Assembly: GCA_963803805.1 (NCBI GenBank) | Contig: CAWDOD010000003.1 | Span: 64,001 to 128,000, forward strand | Length of the DNA: 64,000 bases | Reading direction: 5' to 3' | From: an uncultured cyanobacterium | GTDB lineage: Bacteria; Cyanobacteriota; Cyanobacteriia; Cyanobacteriales; CAWCAG01 | In this document: positions 48,859-60,626 of the stretch, piece by piece | Layout: every line of letters begins with the position of its first letter | Numbering within the stretch: the stretch's first letter is position 1 | Notes under the pieces: generated by a model | Told to the model about the DNA's origin: nothing | Databases searched by the model: none | What the model saw: the letters and a program-made list of their open reading frames with translations, nothing else | Translations under genes and position numbers: made by a program

Positions 48859-49838
48859 TTGCCTTGCTGGTTAGCCAACTTTTCCTGTTCAATTTGCTCT
48901 AAAGCTAGCAACTCTTTTCGTCTCCTTTTTCTCTCTCTCATTTCTTCACCCACAGTAGCGTTTAGCTGATCTCCAATCAGCATAATCAAAGCACTCAAAT
49001 AAAGCCATAACATTAAAATAATCACTGCCCCCACCGCACCATAAATCTTGTTATAGTTAGCAAAATTAGTTACATACAAGCGAAATAAACCAGAAACGCC
49101 TGCCCAAGAAAAAGCGGCTAAAATAGCGCCGGGAAAAATAGGAGTACCTTTAATCCAACGACTGGGACCAAACCGATAAATAAAAGCAAAAGCGATCCCC
49201 ACAATCATTAAACCTAGGGGTTGGTTTAAATAGCTCCAAAAAATCAATAATAAAGAAGCTCCTGTTTTCTTCACGGCCAAGTCGATAATTGTATCGCTAA
49301 TCAAAATCAAAAAAGAGGCAATTAGCAGCAAAAAAATTGTCCCAATAGTAAGTAAAAGGGAAATGATTTTTGCTTTCCAAAAAGGTCTTCTTTGCTTAGG
49401 GGGAACTTGATGAATCAGATCCAAGGCATTCATGGCTGCACTTAAAGCTCCTGAAGAAATCCAAATAGCGGCAGCAAAACTAATAGAAAACCAACTTCTA
49501 CCCTGCTCTAACTTAACTCCTTCTACAAAATCATTAAGTAACTGCCAAACTTGGTAAGGAGCCATGATTTCTAGCTGATTGGCAAGGTTATAAAGAGTAG
49601 ATTGTAAAGACTCTTCAAACATACCTATAGCTGTCAGCATGGCCAGAATTGCCGGAAATAGAGCTAACATAGCTCCATAAGCGATTTCAGCAGACAACCC
49701 CGTCAAACGCCTTTTAAAGACGCGAACAACCGTCTTTCTCAAAGTTACCCAAGTAAGATAGCGAAAAAAGCCGAAGAAACGGGAGACTGCCATATTGTCA
49801 GATTTTGGCGATAATGTTCTTATGATAATTTGCCCCAT
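48855..49838 (-). CDS. YihY/BrkB family inner membrane protein (start uncertain)
   Basis: LSAEIAY..MLALFP, YRFGP, YNKIYGAVGAVIILMLWLY. Confidence 0.92.
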   Translation of the reverse strand: MGQIIIRTLSPKSDNMAVSRFFGFFRYLTWVTLRKTVVRVFKRRLTGLSAEIAYGAMLALFPAILAMLTAIGMFEESLQSTLYNLANQLEIMAPYQVWQLLNDFVEGVKLEQGRSWFSISFAAAIWISSGALSAAMNALDLIHQVPPKQRRPFWKAKIISLLLTIGTIFLLLIASFLILISDTIIDLAVKKTGASLLLIFWSYLNQPLGLMIVGIAFAFIYRFGPSRWIKGTPIFPGAILAAFSWAGVSGLFRLYVTNFANYNKIYGAVGAVIILMLWLYLSALIMLIGDQLNATVGEEMRERKRRRKELLALEQIEQEKLANQQGK

Positions 49839-49876
49839 ATCAAAAAGAATGACACTTAATACAGGAGTATCAGCTC

Positions 49877-50329
49877 ATGAGCCAAGAGGTAGTACAGTGG
49901 CTAGAAGAAATTCGTATTTTACGACAGCAGCTAGCAGAAGTAGAAACCCTTAAAGAAGAAGCTAACCAAGGATCTGCTAATTGGCGCAAGCTGTATTCCC
50001 AAGAAGCACAACAACGCCGCATGGAAGCAAAATTAGCTCAGCAAACAATTAAAGAGTTAAAAGCAGAAATTCGTCATACTAAGGCTGGGAGAGCTTTTAA
50101 ACCAGATAGCCCTGAAGCTACCGCAGCTATTGAGGAGGAAGTAGCTGAACTTACTTCTTTTAAGGAGTTGAGAGCAAGATTAACAGAAGTAATTAAAGAG
50201 TGTGATGGTTTAGCTGAAGCTTTGAAATTAGAAAAAGAAGAACATGAAAAAACTCGTAAAAGCTTGACTGCTGTAATTGGCGATACAATCGATCAATTAG
50301 CTAAACAGAAAAAAGGTGGGGTTGGCTAG
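49877..50329 (+). CDS. coiled-coil hypothetical protein, 150 aa
   Basis: AGGAG RBS; heptad-rich; W..LY..EAQQRR segment. Confidence 0.82.
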   Translation: MSQEVVQWLEEIRILRQQLAEVETLKEEANQGSANWRKLYSQEAQQRRMEAKLAQQTIKELKAEIRHTKAGRAFKPDSPEATAAIEEEVAELTSFKELRARLTEVIKECDGLAEALKLEKEEHEKTRKSLTAVIGDTIDQLAKQKKGGVG

Positions 50330-50396
50330 TTGCTAGTTGCTAATAGTTCGTCGTTACCTATCGCCTAGTACTCCCTGAGAACTGAATCAAATGTAC

Positions 50397-51500
50397 TTAA
50401 AATCCCATAACTGTAGCAACAGCTTCTAATTCTGGCTTAATCCCAGCTTTAACTTGATTGTGGCTATGTTTGATAGCGCTGTCGGGATCTTTTAAACCAT
50501 TGCCTGTCAGAACACAAACTACTGTCGCATTATGGGGAACTTGCTCTTTCACCTTTAGTAAGCCAGCCACAGATGCAGCGCTAGCTGGCTCACAGAAAAT
50601 TCCTTCACTACCTAAAAGGCGATAAGCTGTCATAATTTCTTCATCACTTACTTCGTTGAACTCTCCTTTACTAGCTTCTTTAACCGCAACTGCCCGTTCC
50701 CAATTAGCTGGATGGCCAATACGAATTGCTGTGGCTAAGGTTTGAGGATTAGCAATAGGTTTGCCGCGAATCAAAGGAGCAGATCCAGAAGCCTGAAATC
50801 CCATCATTCTCGGTAAGCGATTACAAAAATCATGTTGATAGTATTGACAGAATCCCATCCAATATGCAGTTATGTTACCCGCATTCCCTACTGGTATACA
50901 CAGCCAATCCGGCGCGTTTCCTAGTACATCTACCACTTCAAATGCTGCGGTTTTTTGGCCTTCTAAACGATAGGGATTAACTGAATTAACTAAGGTGACA
51001 GGATAATTTTCTGCCATTTGCCGCACTACCTGCAAAGCAGCATCAAAATTCCCTTCAATAGCAATAACCTCAGCACCATAGAGTAGTGCTTGAGCTAATT
51101 TTCCTAAAGCAACATAACCATCGGGGATCACCACAAAAGCTCTCAACCCAGCACGACTAGCATATGCAGCAGCCGCAGCAGAAGTATTACCGGTACTAGC
51201 ACAAATTACTGCTTTGGCTCCTGCTTCTTTGGCTTTGGAAATGGCCATAGTCATGCCCCGGTCTTTGAAACTTCCTGTGGGATTTAAGCCATCGTATTTA
51301 ACGAAAACTTGCACACCCCGACCAATTTCCTGGGCAATGGTCGGTACAGGAATTAAAGGGGTGTTCCCTTCTTTAAGAGTGACTACTGGAGTTCCTTGGC
51401 TTACTGGTAGGAAAGGACGATAAGCCTCAATTAAACCAGGCCAGTTTCGGTATTTAGATACGTTTTCTAAATGAGATGATGTGGTAGAAGAGAGCTTCAC
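50397..51500 (-). CDS. thrC: threonine synthase
   Basis: [40 protein letters not shown]. Confidence 0.96.
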   Translation of the reverse strand: MKLSSTTSSHLENVSKYRNWPGLIEAYRPFLPVSQGTPVVTLKEGNTPLIPVPTIAQEIGRGVQVFVKYDGLNPTGSFKDRGMTMAISKAKEAGAKAVICASTGNTSAAAAAYASRAGLRAFVVIPDGYVALGKLAQALLYGAEVIAIEGNFDAALQVVRQMAENYPVTLVNSVNPYRLEGQKTAAFEVVDVLGNAPDWLCIPVGNAGNITAYWMGFCQYYQHDFCNRLPRMMGFQASGSAPLIRGKPIANPQTLATAIRIGHPANWERAVAVKEASKGEFNEVSDEEIMTAYRLLGSEGIFCEPASAASVAGLLKVKEQVPHNATVVCVLTGNGLKDPDSAIKHSHNQVKAGIKPELEAVATVMGF

Positions 51501-51630
51501 AGGGCGCTACATTTTAGTTATCAAAGGAGTATAGGAAGTATGAAGTATAAAGTCAATTTATAAGCATTCTTAGACCTTAACCTAATAGCCTTTATACTTC
51601 ACCTTTACGCCTTCAACAATTCTACCGTGA

Positions 51631-53046
51631 CTAGTTCGATGTTACAGATTTAGACGGTTTGGAGTTAGGGGAGTTTTGAGATTTGCGATTGTTGTATTTG
51701 CGCTTAATTTTGGGACGCTCAACTTTAGGTACATTCCAATCTGTTTTCATCCAGTTAGGACAGCTTTGGTCATAAACCATTTGCAAAGCAGCCGCAGCAA
51801 TAGCCTGGGGATCATATTCAGCACTCAATTCCCGCACAATAGGCAGAAATGAAGCCATGCGTTCTCCGGTTAAAGCTACTTTAACTTCGCTTTGTAACCT
51901 TTCTAAACGTCTTCCTTCTACCTCAGTACGGCTAGGAATATTACTAATTTCTAAACTTTGGCGAATTCGACGTTCAATTTGGCGCAACATCCGCCTATCA
52001 ATAGGCTGGACCAGGGATATTGCTGTTCCTGTTTTCCCCGCACGACCAGTACGACCAATACGGTGGATGTAAGTTTCACTATTGTCAGGGAGATCAAAGT
52101 TGATGACATGACTCAAGTTTTCTACATCTAAGCCTCGTGCAGCAATATCTGTAGCCACAACTACTTTGACCTGGCCTTGACGAAAACGCTGTACCAAACG
52201 CTCTCTTTGATTTTGGTTTAAGTCGCCATGATACTCATCGGCACTATGTCCTGTACCTTGCAATTGCTGAGTGAGTTCTGCTGCTGTGCGTCTGGTGCGG
52301 ACAAAGATAATAGCCGATTCAGGATTTTCGATTTCCAAGATTGGTTGCAGGGCCTTTAATTTTGACCAGCCTTTAGGAACCATGTAAACTTTTTGGTCGA
52401 TTTTGGCAGGAGCTGCTTTAGGTTGGCTAACCTTAATGAAAGCAGGAGAGTGAAGGAAGTTGTTGATTAAGTCATGGATTGCCCTGGGCATGGTTGCTGA
52501 GAAGCAAGCCGTCTGGCGGTCTGGAGGGGTCTGCTTAAGAATCTTCTTAACATCATCAATAAAGCCCATGCTCAACATTTCATCGGCTTCATCTAAGACG
52601 ACCCAGCTTAATTGCTCTAGCTGGAGTTCGCGACGTTCTAGAAGGTCAATTACTCTTCCTGGAGTCCCAACAACAATTTGCACTCCCCTTTGTAAACTGC
52701 GGATTTGCCTATCCATAGATTGACCACCGCAGACTGTGAGGATTCTCATGCGCCGATCTTGGGTAAACTCTTGGATAGCCTTAGCTACCTGTTGAGCAAG
52801 TTCCCTAGTTGGGGTCAGAATTAGTGCTTGGACGGCTTTGGTTTGAATGTCAATTTTCTCTAACATGGGCAGAGAAAATGCTGCTGTTTTACCAGTACCA
52901 GTTTGGGATTGACCTACCATATCCCTTCCTGCTAAAAGCTCAGGAATTGCTTGAGCTTGAATTACAGTGGGTTCAGTAAAACCCATACTTTCTAAGTGTT
53001 CTACTCTAGCTTCAGATAAACCTAAACTGTTGAAAGATGTTGTCAT
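51631..53046 (-). CDS. crhR: DEAD-box RNA helicase CrhR
   Basis: QTGTGKT, PTRELA, DEAD, SAT, HRIGRTGR; downstream of rimO as in other cyanobacteria. Confidence 0.92.
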   Translation of the reverse strand: MTTSFNSLGLSEARVEHLESMGFTEPTVIQAQAIPELLAGRDMVGQSQTGTGKTAAFSLPMLEKIDIQTKAVQALILTPTRELAQQVAKAIQEFTQDRRMRILTVCGGQSMDRQIRSLQRGVQIVVGTPGRVIDLLERRELQLEQLSWVVLDEADEMLSMGFIDDVKKILKQTPPDRQTACFSATMPRAIHDLINNFLHSPAFIKVSQPKAAPAKIDQKVYMVPKGWSKLKALQPILEIENPESAIIFVRTRRTAAELTQQLQGTGHSADEYHGDLNQNQRERLVQRFRQGQVKVVVATDIAARGLDVENLSHVINFDLPDNSETYIHRIGRTGRAGKTGTAISLVQPIDRRMLRQIERRIRQSLEISNIPSRTEVEGRRLERLQSEVKVALTGERMASFLPIVRELSAEYDPQAIAAAALQMVYDQSCPNWMKTDWNVPKVERPKIKRKYNNRKSQNSPNSKPSKSVTSN

Positions 53047-53178
53047 AACGAATTGTTGCTTTTTGTTTAGTTTTTAGTAGTTTAAGATACTTGTCGAGTT
53101 TCTGCTTACACAAAAACAATTATCCCTTCACCAAAAAGCCCCTAGGAAAAGCGGCAGGAAGTGGATAAAATTGTGCGA

Positions 53179-54507
53179 CTAGAAATCTTGTTGTGATGCA
53201 ACTTGACCATAAAGATCGTAAGTATCTGCATCAGTGATTTTGACGTTTGTAATTGAACCTAAAGGCGCTTGTCCTCGAACATAAACAAGCCCATCTACTT
53301 CAGGAGCAAAACGCGCCGAACGTCCAATTAGCTCTCCTGTTGTCGGGTTTTCCTGTTCTAACAACACAGGTACAGTTTGACCAATACAATTCTGATTTTT
53401 TTGTCTTGCTATAGGCTGTTGTAGCGCCATCAAAATATCCTTGCGTTCATCCATTACTGATTGGGGAATTTGGTGGGGAAGATTCCCAGCTTTGGTTCCT
53501 TCTTCAGCGGAGAAAGTAAACGCACCCAGGTGGTCAAATTCGTGACGTTTGACAAAATCTGTTAAGTGAGCAAAATGTTCTGGGGTTTCTCCAGGGAAAC
53601 CAACAATGAAAGTTGTCCGTAACACAGACTCAGGTAAATTTGTTTTGATTCTGTCAATAATTTCGTCATTAACCAACCCTTGCCAGGGTCGATTCATGGC
53701 TCTGAGTATTTCAGGATGAGAATGTTGCAAGGGCAAATCCAAATAGGGCAGGAAGTTAGGAGTTTCCTTAATGGCATCAATAACTTGTGGGGTCAATCCA
53801 GTAGGATAAGCATAGTGCATTCGCACCCAAGGTACATTGACCTTGCCTAACTCCCTTAAGAGCTGATCTAGTTTTGGTTCTCCATATAAATCCAAACCGT
53901 AGTTAGTTGTTATTTGGGAGATCAAAACTATTTCTTGAACCCCTTGAGCAGCTAACTGATGAGCTTCAGTAACAATGGATTCAATGGAGCGCGATCGCTG
54001 CTTACCTCGTAGCTGGGGAATAATGCAAAAAGAGCAACGGTAATCACATCCTTCTGCTACCCTCAAGTAGGCTACACCTTCTGTAGTAGTGCGGTAGCGG
54101 GGGGTAGCTTCATCAGCAATATAGGTTGGTTCTAAAGAAACTTCTTTAACCCGCTTTCCTGTTTCTACTTCTTCAATTACTTTAACTATCTTATTATAAT
54201 CTCCACTGCCCACTAAAGCTACTGCTTCTGGTAATTCATCTAATAATTGCTCTTGAAAATGCTGGGCCATACAACCAGCGATAACAATTTTTTTCTTGGC
54301 TTCTGCCAATTCTACTAAGGTGCGTACGGATTCTTCCCTAGCTGCTTGAATGAAACTACAGGTGTTAACAATGACATAATCAGCTAATTCTTCATTACTA
54401 TCCACTCCATAGCCAGCTTCTACTAGCATACCGAGCATATGTTCTGAATCTATACGATTTTTCTCGCAGCCTAAATGAGAAATTGCAATGTTTGGCTTAT
54501 TGCCCAT
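53179..54507 (-). CDS. rimO: ribosomal protein S12 methylthiotransferase
   Basis: [39 protein letters not shown] domain. Confidence 0.96.
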   Translation of the reverse strand: MGNKPNIAISHLGCEKNRIDSEHMLGMLVEAGYGVDSNEELADYVIVNTCSFIQAAREESVRTLVELAEAKKKIVIAGCMAQHFQEQLLDELPEAVALVGSGDYNKIVKVIEEVETGKRVKEVSLEPTYIADEATPRYRTTTEGVAYLRVAEGCDYRCSFCIIPQLRGKQRSRSIESIVTEAHQLAAQGVQEIVLISQITTNYGLDLYGEPKLDQLLRELGKVNVPWVRMHYAYPTGLTPQVIDAIKETPNFLPYLDLPLQHSHPEILRAMNRPWQGLVNDEIIDRIKTNLPESVLRTTFIVGFPGETPEHFAHLTDFVKRHEFDHLGAFTFSAEEGTKAGNLPHQIPQSVMDERKDILMALQQPIARQKNQNCIGQTVPVLLEQENPTTGELIGRSARFAPEVDGLVYVRGQAPLGSITNVKITDADTYDLYGQVASQQDF

Positions 54508-54737
54508 ATATTTTTATATTTATTTTAACTTTTACTAGTATTGCTTGTTGTAGATGGCATTGTACAGGACTAATCTCAAGAGTCAAACTTTAGTCCGATT
54601 AGTTTTCCTTCAATTGTAGTTAACTTTGAGGTAAGCGTATTACTCGAAAAGACTTTCTCGCGCTATGGGACAATAATCACCATAATCAAATTTTGTATTT
54701 GTATAGCAAAAAATTAGCGCGGCATTAGGTAAATTAA

Positions 54738-55571
54738 GTGGACTTAAATCAGATTTTTCAAACTCACAATCCTATTATTGGTGTTGTTCATCTTTTACCT
54801 TTACCAAGTTCTCCTCGTTGGGGAGGTAATCTCAAAGCTGTTATTGCCAGGGCAGAGCAAGAAGCGACGGCTTTAGCAGCCGGGGGGGTTGATGGCATTA
54901 TTGTCGAAAATTTCTTTGATGCTCCTTTTGCCAAAAATAGAGTAGATCCAGCAGTGGTTAGTGCTATGACTTTAATTATTCAGCGCTTGATGAATTTAGT
55001 CACTCTTCCCATCGGCATCAATGTTTTGCGTAACGATGCCCAAAGTGGAGTGGCGATCGCCACTTGTGTTGAGGCCCAATTTATTCGCGTTAATATTTTA
55101 ACCGGAGTAATGGCTACAGACCAAGGAATAATTGAGGGTCAAGCGAGGGAGATTATGCGCTACCGTCGAGAATTAGATAGCGATGTTTACATATTAGCCG
55201 ATGTTCTAGTTAAACACGCTCAGCCTTTGGGAGCGCCCCATTTAACTACCGCAGTGAAAGATACTATCGAGCGAGGTTTAGCAGATGGCGTTATTTTATC
55301 TGGTTGGGCAACAGGTAGTCCCCCTACCATAGAAGATTTGCAGGTAGCCTCAGAAGCGGCGGGCAATACCCCGTTATTTATTGGTAGCGGTGCTAATTGG
55401 CAAAATATCTCCCAACTTTTACCAGAAGCCGATGGAGTAATTGTTTCTACTTCCTTAAAGCGTCGTGGCAAAATTGAAGAACCTATTGACCCCAATCGAG
55501 TTAGTCAGTTTATTGAAGCAGCACAAGAAAGTTTGTTACCGAACAAGGGAGTGGGGAGTAGTGTCGAGTAG
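54738..55571 (+). CDS. btpA: photosystem I biogenesis protein BtpA
   Basis: IIGVVHL.PLP, ENFFDAPF, GINVLRND, ADVLVKHA. Confidence 0.95.
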   Translation: MDLNQIFQTHNPIIGVVHLLPLPSSPRWGGNLKAVIARAEQEATALAAGGVDGIIVENFFDAPFAKNRVDPAVVSAMTLIIQRLMNLVTLPIGINVLRNDAQSGVAIATCVEAQFIRVNILTGVMATDQGIIEGQAREIMRYRRELDSDVYILADVLVKHAQPLGAPHLTTAVKDTIERGLADGVILSGWATGSPPTIEDLQVASEAAGNTPLFIGSGANWQNISQLLPEADGVIVSTSLKRRGKIEEPIDPNRVSQFIEAAQESLLPNKGVGSSVE

Positions 55572-55673
55572 GGGTGGCAAGAAGATTAGCAACTAGCCAT
55601 TAGCCATTAGCCATTACCAATTGCTAAAATCGAAAGCAAAACTCAAACCTCTCAATCTTTATTAACAAATTAT

Positions 55674-56654
55674 ATGAATACTAGCCGCCGACGTTCTACT
55701 CCCTGGATTCATCGTTGGTCTCGTCCTATTATCGGTGCGATCGCTATTTTAGGTGCAATATTAACAGCTTATTTAACAGTAATTGCCTTTCAAGGTGGTC
55801 AAGTAGCCTGTGGTACAGATGTCGCGGCGGCTGGGGGAGGATGTAATGATGTTCTCTCTAGCGATTATGCCAAAATATTTGGTTTACCTTTACCTCTATT
55901 TGGCTTGATGGCATACATTAGCATGGCTATTTTTGCCCTCACCCCTTTAGCTGTTAGCGCTGACATGAAAAGGCAGTTAAGGAAAAAAATAGAGAACTGG
56001 AGTTGGTTGTTTCTTTTAATTGGGGCAACCTCTATGGCAGTTTTTAGCGGTTATTTGATGTATGTACTCGCCTTTAAGCTCCAAATCCCTTGTCTTTACT
56101 GTATAAGTTCAGCAATTTTTGCCCTAACTTTGTTTACCTTGACGGTACTTGGTCGCGAATGGGACGATATTGGACAAATTCTTTTTACTAGTTTGATTGC
56201 TGGGATGGTAACTATCGTTGCTACTTTAGGTGTGTATGCTAACGTGAATAGTTCGGTTACAGCTTCAGCAGAGGAAGGAGCAATTCCTCAAGTTACTACT
56301 AGTCCAGTTCCCCCCTATGGTTGGAAAATTACCACTAAATCTGGTCCTTCAGAAATTCAGTTAGCCAAGCATTTAACAAAAGTTGGGGCAGTAAAATATG
56401 GCGCTTTTTGGTGTCCTCACTGTTACGAACAAAAACAGTTATTCGGCGAAGAAGCTTTTAAATCAATTAATTACGTTGAATGTGCTGAAGGAGGCAAAGA
56501 TCCTCAACCCCAAAAGTGTTCTGCTGTAGGACTCAAATCTTTCCCCACTTGGGAGATTGATGGGGAAATTTATCCAGGAGTCCAAACTTTAGAAGAGTTA
56601 GCGGAACTATCTGGCTATAAAGGACCAAAGGACTTTAAATACACTTTACGTTAG
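55674..56654 (+). CDS. VKOR-thioredoxin fusion (cyanobacterial DsbB/DsbA-like disulfide-forming enzyme)
   Basis: C..VLSS.YA, CLYC in the membrane domain; YGAFWCPHC and FPTW in the thioredoxin domain. Confidence 0.95.
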   Translation: MNTSRRRSTPWIHRWSRPIIGAIAILGAILTAYLTVIAFQGGQVACGTDVAAAGGGCNDVLSSDYAKIFGLPLPLFGLMAYISMAIFALTPLAVSADMKRQLRKKIENWSWLFLLIGATSMAVFSGYLMYVLAFKLQIPCLYCISSAIFALTLFTLTVLGREWDDIGQILFTSLIAGMVTIVATLGVYANVNSSVTASAEEGAIPQVTTSPVPPYGWKITTKSGPSEIQLAKHLTKVGAVKYGAFWCPHCYEQKQLFGEEAFKSINYVECAEGGKDPQPQKCSAVGLKSFPTWEIDGEIYPGVQTLEELAELSGYKGPKDFKYTLR

Positions 56655-56662
56655 CAGGGCAA

Positions 56663-57529
56663 CTATTGAAACCTTTTTTTCCATTGAGTTGTAGGCTCTA
56701 AGGGACTAGTTTGTTGTTCTTGTTGTCTTCTGTGCTTAATAATTTCCGGGGTATCTTTTAATTGCGGATCGCGATAGGGAACAGCAGCGCGGGTTTGTAG
56801 ATGTTGTTTTTCTTTGGTGGATAAAGGATAATTCTCATTTTCTTGCCAAGTAGCGATCGTACCAGGAGATCGCCTCCCTGAAGCGAAAGGTGGAGTTGAA
56901 CCGATTTGTAAACCAGCTAAACTAAGAGCTTTGCGCACTGAAGCCGCAGATGAGTAGGTAGCTAATTTACCTTGAGGTTGCAAAATAGAGGCAACTAATC
57001 CTAAAAATTCTACCGTCCAAAGTTGAGGACATTTGGGATGGGAAAAAGGATCGAGGAAAATGGCTGCTGCTTTAAAGCCTGAATTATCAACCTGAGTGAT
57101 TGTTTCCCTGGCATCACCAATAATTAACTGCCCTGTCAACCTAGAAGTCTTTACTTGGTGTTTAATTGCCAACTTTTGCAATAATTTAGGAATCGGCGAT
57201 TGCCACTGATTAAGTAACTGATGCTTAAGCGCTTGGTAAGGTACTCTAGGATCTGCTTCTAAAGCAATCAACTCCACAACACAATGAGAATTTATTTGCC
57301 AAATAGTTTCTAAAGCGGCAGCGGTGTTATAACCTAATCCATAACAGATATCGAGTAATGTTAAGGAAGGTTGAATAGCTTTTTGGGCTAACTGACAAGG
57401 AATAACAAATTTCCCTAAAGCTTCTTGTTTGGCCCCATAATGAGAATGAAATGCTTCGCCAAATTTCGGAGAAAAGAAAGTAAAAGAACCATCTCCAGTA
57501 AGTTGAAGTGCAAAAGAATCATTGCTCAT
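56663..57529 (-). CDS. MnmC/MnmD-like SAM-dependent methyltransferase
   Basis: T.DGS.T, E.FHS..GA..EA, DICYGLGYN, GDAR, FLDPFS...CPQLW. Confidence 0.9.
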   Translation of the reverse strand: MSNDSFALQLTGDGSFTFFSPKFGEAFHSHYGAKQEALGKFVIPCQLAQKAIQPSLTLLDICYGLGYNTAAALETIWQINSHCVVELIALEADPRVPYQALKHQLLNQWQSPIPKLLQKLAIKHQVKTSRLTGQLIIGDARETITQVDNSGFKAAAIFLDPFSHPKCPQLWTVEFLGLVASILQPQGKLATYSSAASVRKALSLAGLQIGSTPPFASGRRSPGTIATWQENENYPLSTKEKQHLQTRAAVPYRDPQLKDTPEIIKHRRQQEQQTSPLEPTTQWKKRFQ

Positions 57530-57546
57530 TGTTCAACGATAAATGT

Positions 57547-58170
57547 TTAATGATTTTCCGCTACTTCTTTTAATTTTAGATAAAACTCGGAACCGTCGGG
57601 AGGTGGGTTAAATTGATCGATAGGACTTGGAGTTGCTTCTTCTTCAGAAGATGTTGCTGTGGTAACAGAAGAAGGAACTTTGACTTGTTCTTCTTCTGTT
57701 AGTTGTTTAATCTCAACACTAGGAGATGTATCAGCTTTTTGTTTATCTCCGTTAGATTCAATAACTGTTTTGGTCGTTAGTTCTGTTTTAGGTACAGGAG
57801 AATAAGTCCTACGTTGACTTTTTTCGCTCACTAAACAGGTAATAGCCCCTAATTTCCCTTTGTTAGAGCCGGAATTTGCAACTAAATCTCTTGGTAACTT
57901 GCGACAAATTAAGGCTTCAAATTCGTGGTTAAAGTGATAGCTAGCTTGTCCTTTACGCTGCCATAATTGTAAAATTTGCTCAACAGAAATAGCTTTATAG
58001 CGCCCTTGATATAAAGATTCTATAACTGCCAAACGTATCCAACTTGCTTGATACTTTTGTTGCCATTGCTCAACTAAATCTTGGGCTGGATATCCTCTCA
58101 TCTCAAACCCGTAGTGACTAAGTAAAGCCTCTGCTTGGGTGAGTTTTGAGTCTATTTTTGGCTCGGTCAT
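57547..58170 (-). CDS. conserved cyanobacterial hypothetical protein
   Basis: WIRLAVIE.LYQGRYKAISVEQIL..W.R.G....HF..EFE; low-complexity linker; FY.KLK terminus. Confidence 0.85.
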   Translation of the reverse strand: MTEPKIDSKLTQAEALLSHYGFEMRGYPAQDLVEQWQQKYQASWIRLAVIESLYQGRYKAISVEQILQLWQRKGQASYHFNHEFEALICRKLPRDLVANSGSNKGKLGAITCLVSEKSQRRTYSPVPKTELTTKTVIESNGDKQKADTSPSVEIKQLTEEEQVKVPSSVTTATSSEEEATPSPIDQFNPPPDGSEFYLKLKEVAENH

Positions 58171-58418
58171 GAAATTTCACTTAGGATACCAAGTTGGAGA
58201 TTAGTGAGGTGTAGATGAGATAGTTTTTTTATATCCCGTGTCCTTACTATTGTCAATATCAAAGAAAAGTGCTATCCAAGTGGAAAGCAATAAGTGAATA
58301 TGCTTTGAGACGAAGAACTTTAAATTAGATACAAAAACTAAGGAGATAGTTTCCGAGATTCTCTAAGTGTAGAGTTAATATACTATCCTAATCTCAATCC
58401 TTTTTCCTCTTCATTAAG

Positions 58419-60476
58419 TTAGGTAGTAGCACTAATGTAAGGAGAGTCAAAACTTCTAACTTGGCCTCGATATGCCAATCCTTGATAAACCATAGCTGTC
58501 GCTTCAGCCCTTGTGGCTTCCCTAAGATCGTCGATTTGTCTGGGGTTGGGGTAGTTAACTACAATTCTAGCTTTTGTAGCTGCTGCGGTCGCAGCTAGGG
58601 CATAGGAGGGTATATTATAACCATCTTCATAATAATCAAGAATTTTTTCATCAGCTTGGGGCAAAGCTAAACCACTAGCCAAAGAAACAATTAAATGGAT
58701 GCGACGCAGATTTTGATTAGGGTGGAAAGTTTGATCTGGGAAACCGGAAATAAAACCGGCGCGGTAAGCTTGTTGAATGGCACTACTCCCCCAAAAATCA
58801 TAGGGAACATCAATGAATTGAGTGGCTGGGCGAATTGGTTGAGGATTAAAAACACTGACTAATAAAGCAGCATATTGAGCGCGGTTAATGAGGGTATCAG
58901 GTTTATAACTACCATCAGCTAAGCCCCGAACCAAATTCATTTCCCCAAGGCGACTAATAAATTCTTTTGCCCAATGTTGTTGAATGTCGGTAAAGGAAGG
59001 AAGATCAATATCTGGGGCGACAATATAAGGAGAATTGGTTACTTGGGCTGTGCCAGTTGCCACTAAAGCTTGATAAATTAAAGCTGCTACCTCCGCCCTA
59101 GTGATATCTCGCATTGGCTCTAAGCGGGAAGTTTGGGGATAGTTAACCACCAAACCCTGTTGGGTAGCAGTAGCTAAAGCGTTGGTAGCATAACTAGGAA
59201 TTGCGACGCGATCGCTATAGGACAAAAGGAGGTTAGAATTGCCTCCTACTAGCCCTAAACCACTAACTAAAGAGACAATAGCCTGAATCCTAGTTAAGTT
59301 GTTTTGGGGGCGAAATGTGCCGTCACCGAAACCAGAAATAAAGCCCATAGCCGCAGCTTTTTGAATGGCGTTAAAGGCCCAAAAATTACTCTTGACATCC
59401 TTTAACCAAGTTCCCGCAGCCACTTTTCGGGGCAAATCAAAACTTTTAGCAATTAAAGCAGCATATTCAGCCCTAGTTAAGTTATTTTGGGGGCGAAATG
59501 TGCCATCAGGAAAACCACTAATACTGTCTTGATCCACTAACCTAGAAATAAAAATTTCTGCCCAATGTCCAGAAACATCACGAAAATTGCCAGGGCCCAA
59601 AGGTGAAGTACTTACTTTGGTAGCAACGAAAGATATTTCTCCTTCTACCTTCGCTGGATTAAGTTGATTCCCCGCCGAAATGAGATTAAGTTTAGTTTCT
59701 TGACGCAAATCGGGAGTATTATCCCGGAGAATGTTCCCGGCAGGATCTTGAGAATTACCAAAATCTGGTTGGGCATCCCCTGTCACCACTAAACCACCGC
59801 TACTATTTTTCTCCATTAAATTGCGACGTAGTACGGGGCGGCTATGGCGAGAAAGATAAATACCAATGCGGTTATTAATTAACTTGTTTTCGGCGATTAA
59901 AGGAGCGCTATTATCACTTATGGTAATGCCATAGCCTGTTTCCTGGAAAGTATTACGCCGCACTTCCCCTTTCGCATTACGTACTAAAAATATGCCCGCA
60001 GACCCATTGTGAATAAACAGATTGTCTTGAATAACTGGCTTACTTTTACCTGTAACAAAAATTCCCTCACGACCGCAATTTGTAAAGGTGTTGCGGATAA
60101 TTATTGGAGAAGCTGATTCAAGCCAAATCCCTGTTCCTTTATTAGCTTGATTGGTAACTGTTACCCCCCTTAACTGGGACTCATCTTCCAATAACAGCAA
60201 CACATTTTGTCTTTGGAAAGTAGGACTAATATACTGACCACTGCCAGAAATAATCACCCCTTTTCCTTCGGTAGACTCATTACCTAAAACAACAATACCT
60301 TTAGGAATCTTGAGAGGAAACACTTCCCCATTAGCTGCATCATAGGTTCCCGTAGCCAACTGGATCGCTGTTTCTCCAATACTCCGACTCAGGGCTTTGG
60401 TTAAGGTTTTTAAAGGAGAAACAGCACTACCAACGGCATTGTCTTTACCTGTAGCGGGGTTAACGTAAATAGTCAC
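58419..60476 (-). CDS. DUF1565/right-handed beta-helix protein with multiple S-layer homology domains
   Basis: YVNP.TG.D...GS...P.KT, GEVFP; repeated F.DV..HWA, ISGFPDGTFRP, TRAE motifs. Confidence 0.92.
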   Translation of the reverse strand: MTIYVNPATGKDNAVGSAVSPLKTLTKALSRSIGETAIQLATGTYDAANGEVFPLKIPKGIVVLGNESTEGKGVIISGSGQYISPTFQRQNVLLLLEDESQLRGVTVTNQANKGTGIWLESASPIIIRNTFTNCGREGIFVTGKSKPVIQDNLFIHNGSAGIFLVRNAKGEVRRNTFQETGYGITISDNSAPLIAENKLINNRIGIYLSRHSRPVLRRNLMEKNSSGGLVVTGDAQPDFGNSQDPAGNILRDNTPDLRQETKLNLISAGNQLNPAKVEGEISFVATKVSTSPLGPGNFRDVSGHWAEIFISRLVDQDSISGFPDGTFRPQNNLTRAEYAALIAKSFDLPRKVAAGTWLKDVKSNFWAFNAIQKAAAMGFISGFGDGTFRPQNNLTRIQAIVSLVSGLGLVGGNSNLLLSYSDRVAIPSYATNALATATQQGLVVNYPQTSRLEPMRDITRAEVAALIYQALVATGTAQVTNSPYIVAPDIDLPSFTDIQQHWAKEFISRLGEMNLVRGLADGSYKPDTLINRAQYAALLVSVFNPQPIRPATQFIDVPYDFWGSSAIQQAYRAGFISGFPDQTFHPNQNLRRIHLIVSLASGLALPQADEKILDYYEDGYNIPSYALAATAAATKARIVVNYPNPRQIDDLREATRAEATAMVYQGLAYRGQVRSFDSPYISATT

Positions 60477-60626
60477 TTCTGTTCTATATCTCTATCTTTA
60501 GGGGTTTTTGTCTTCTTTTTGGTAGTTTATCTATCCTAGAGAAGTAGGAAATATTAGCCATAAACAATGAGACTTTAAAATATACCCAACTTTTAACCCA
60601 CTTATCTCACTTATAAACTTTTCAAC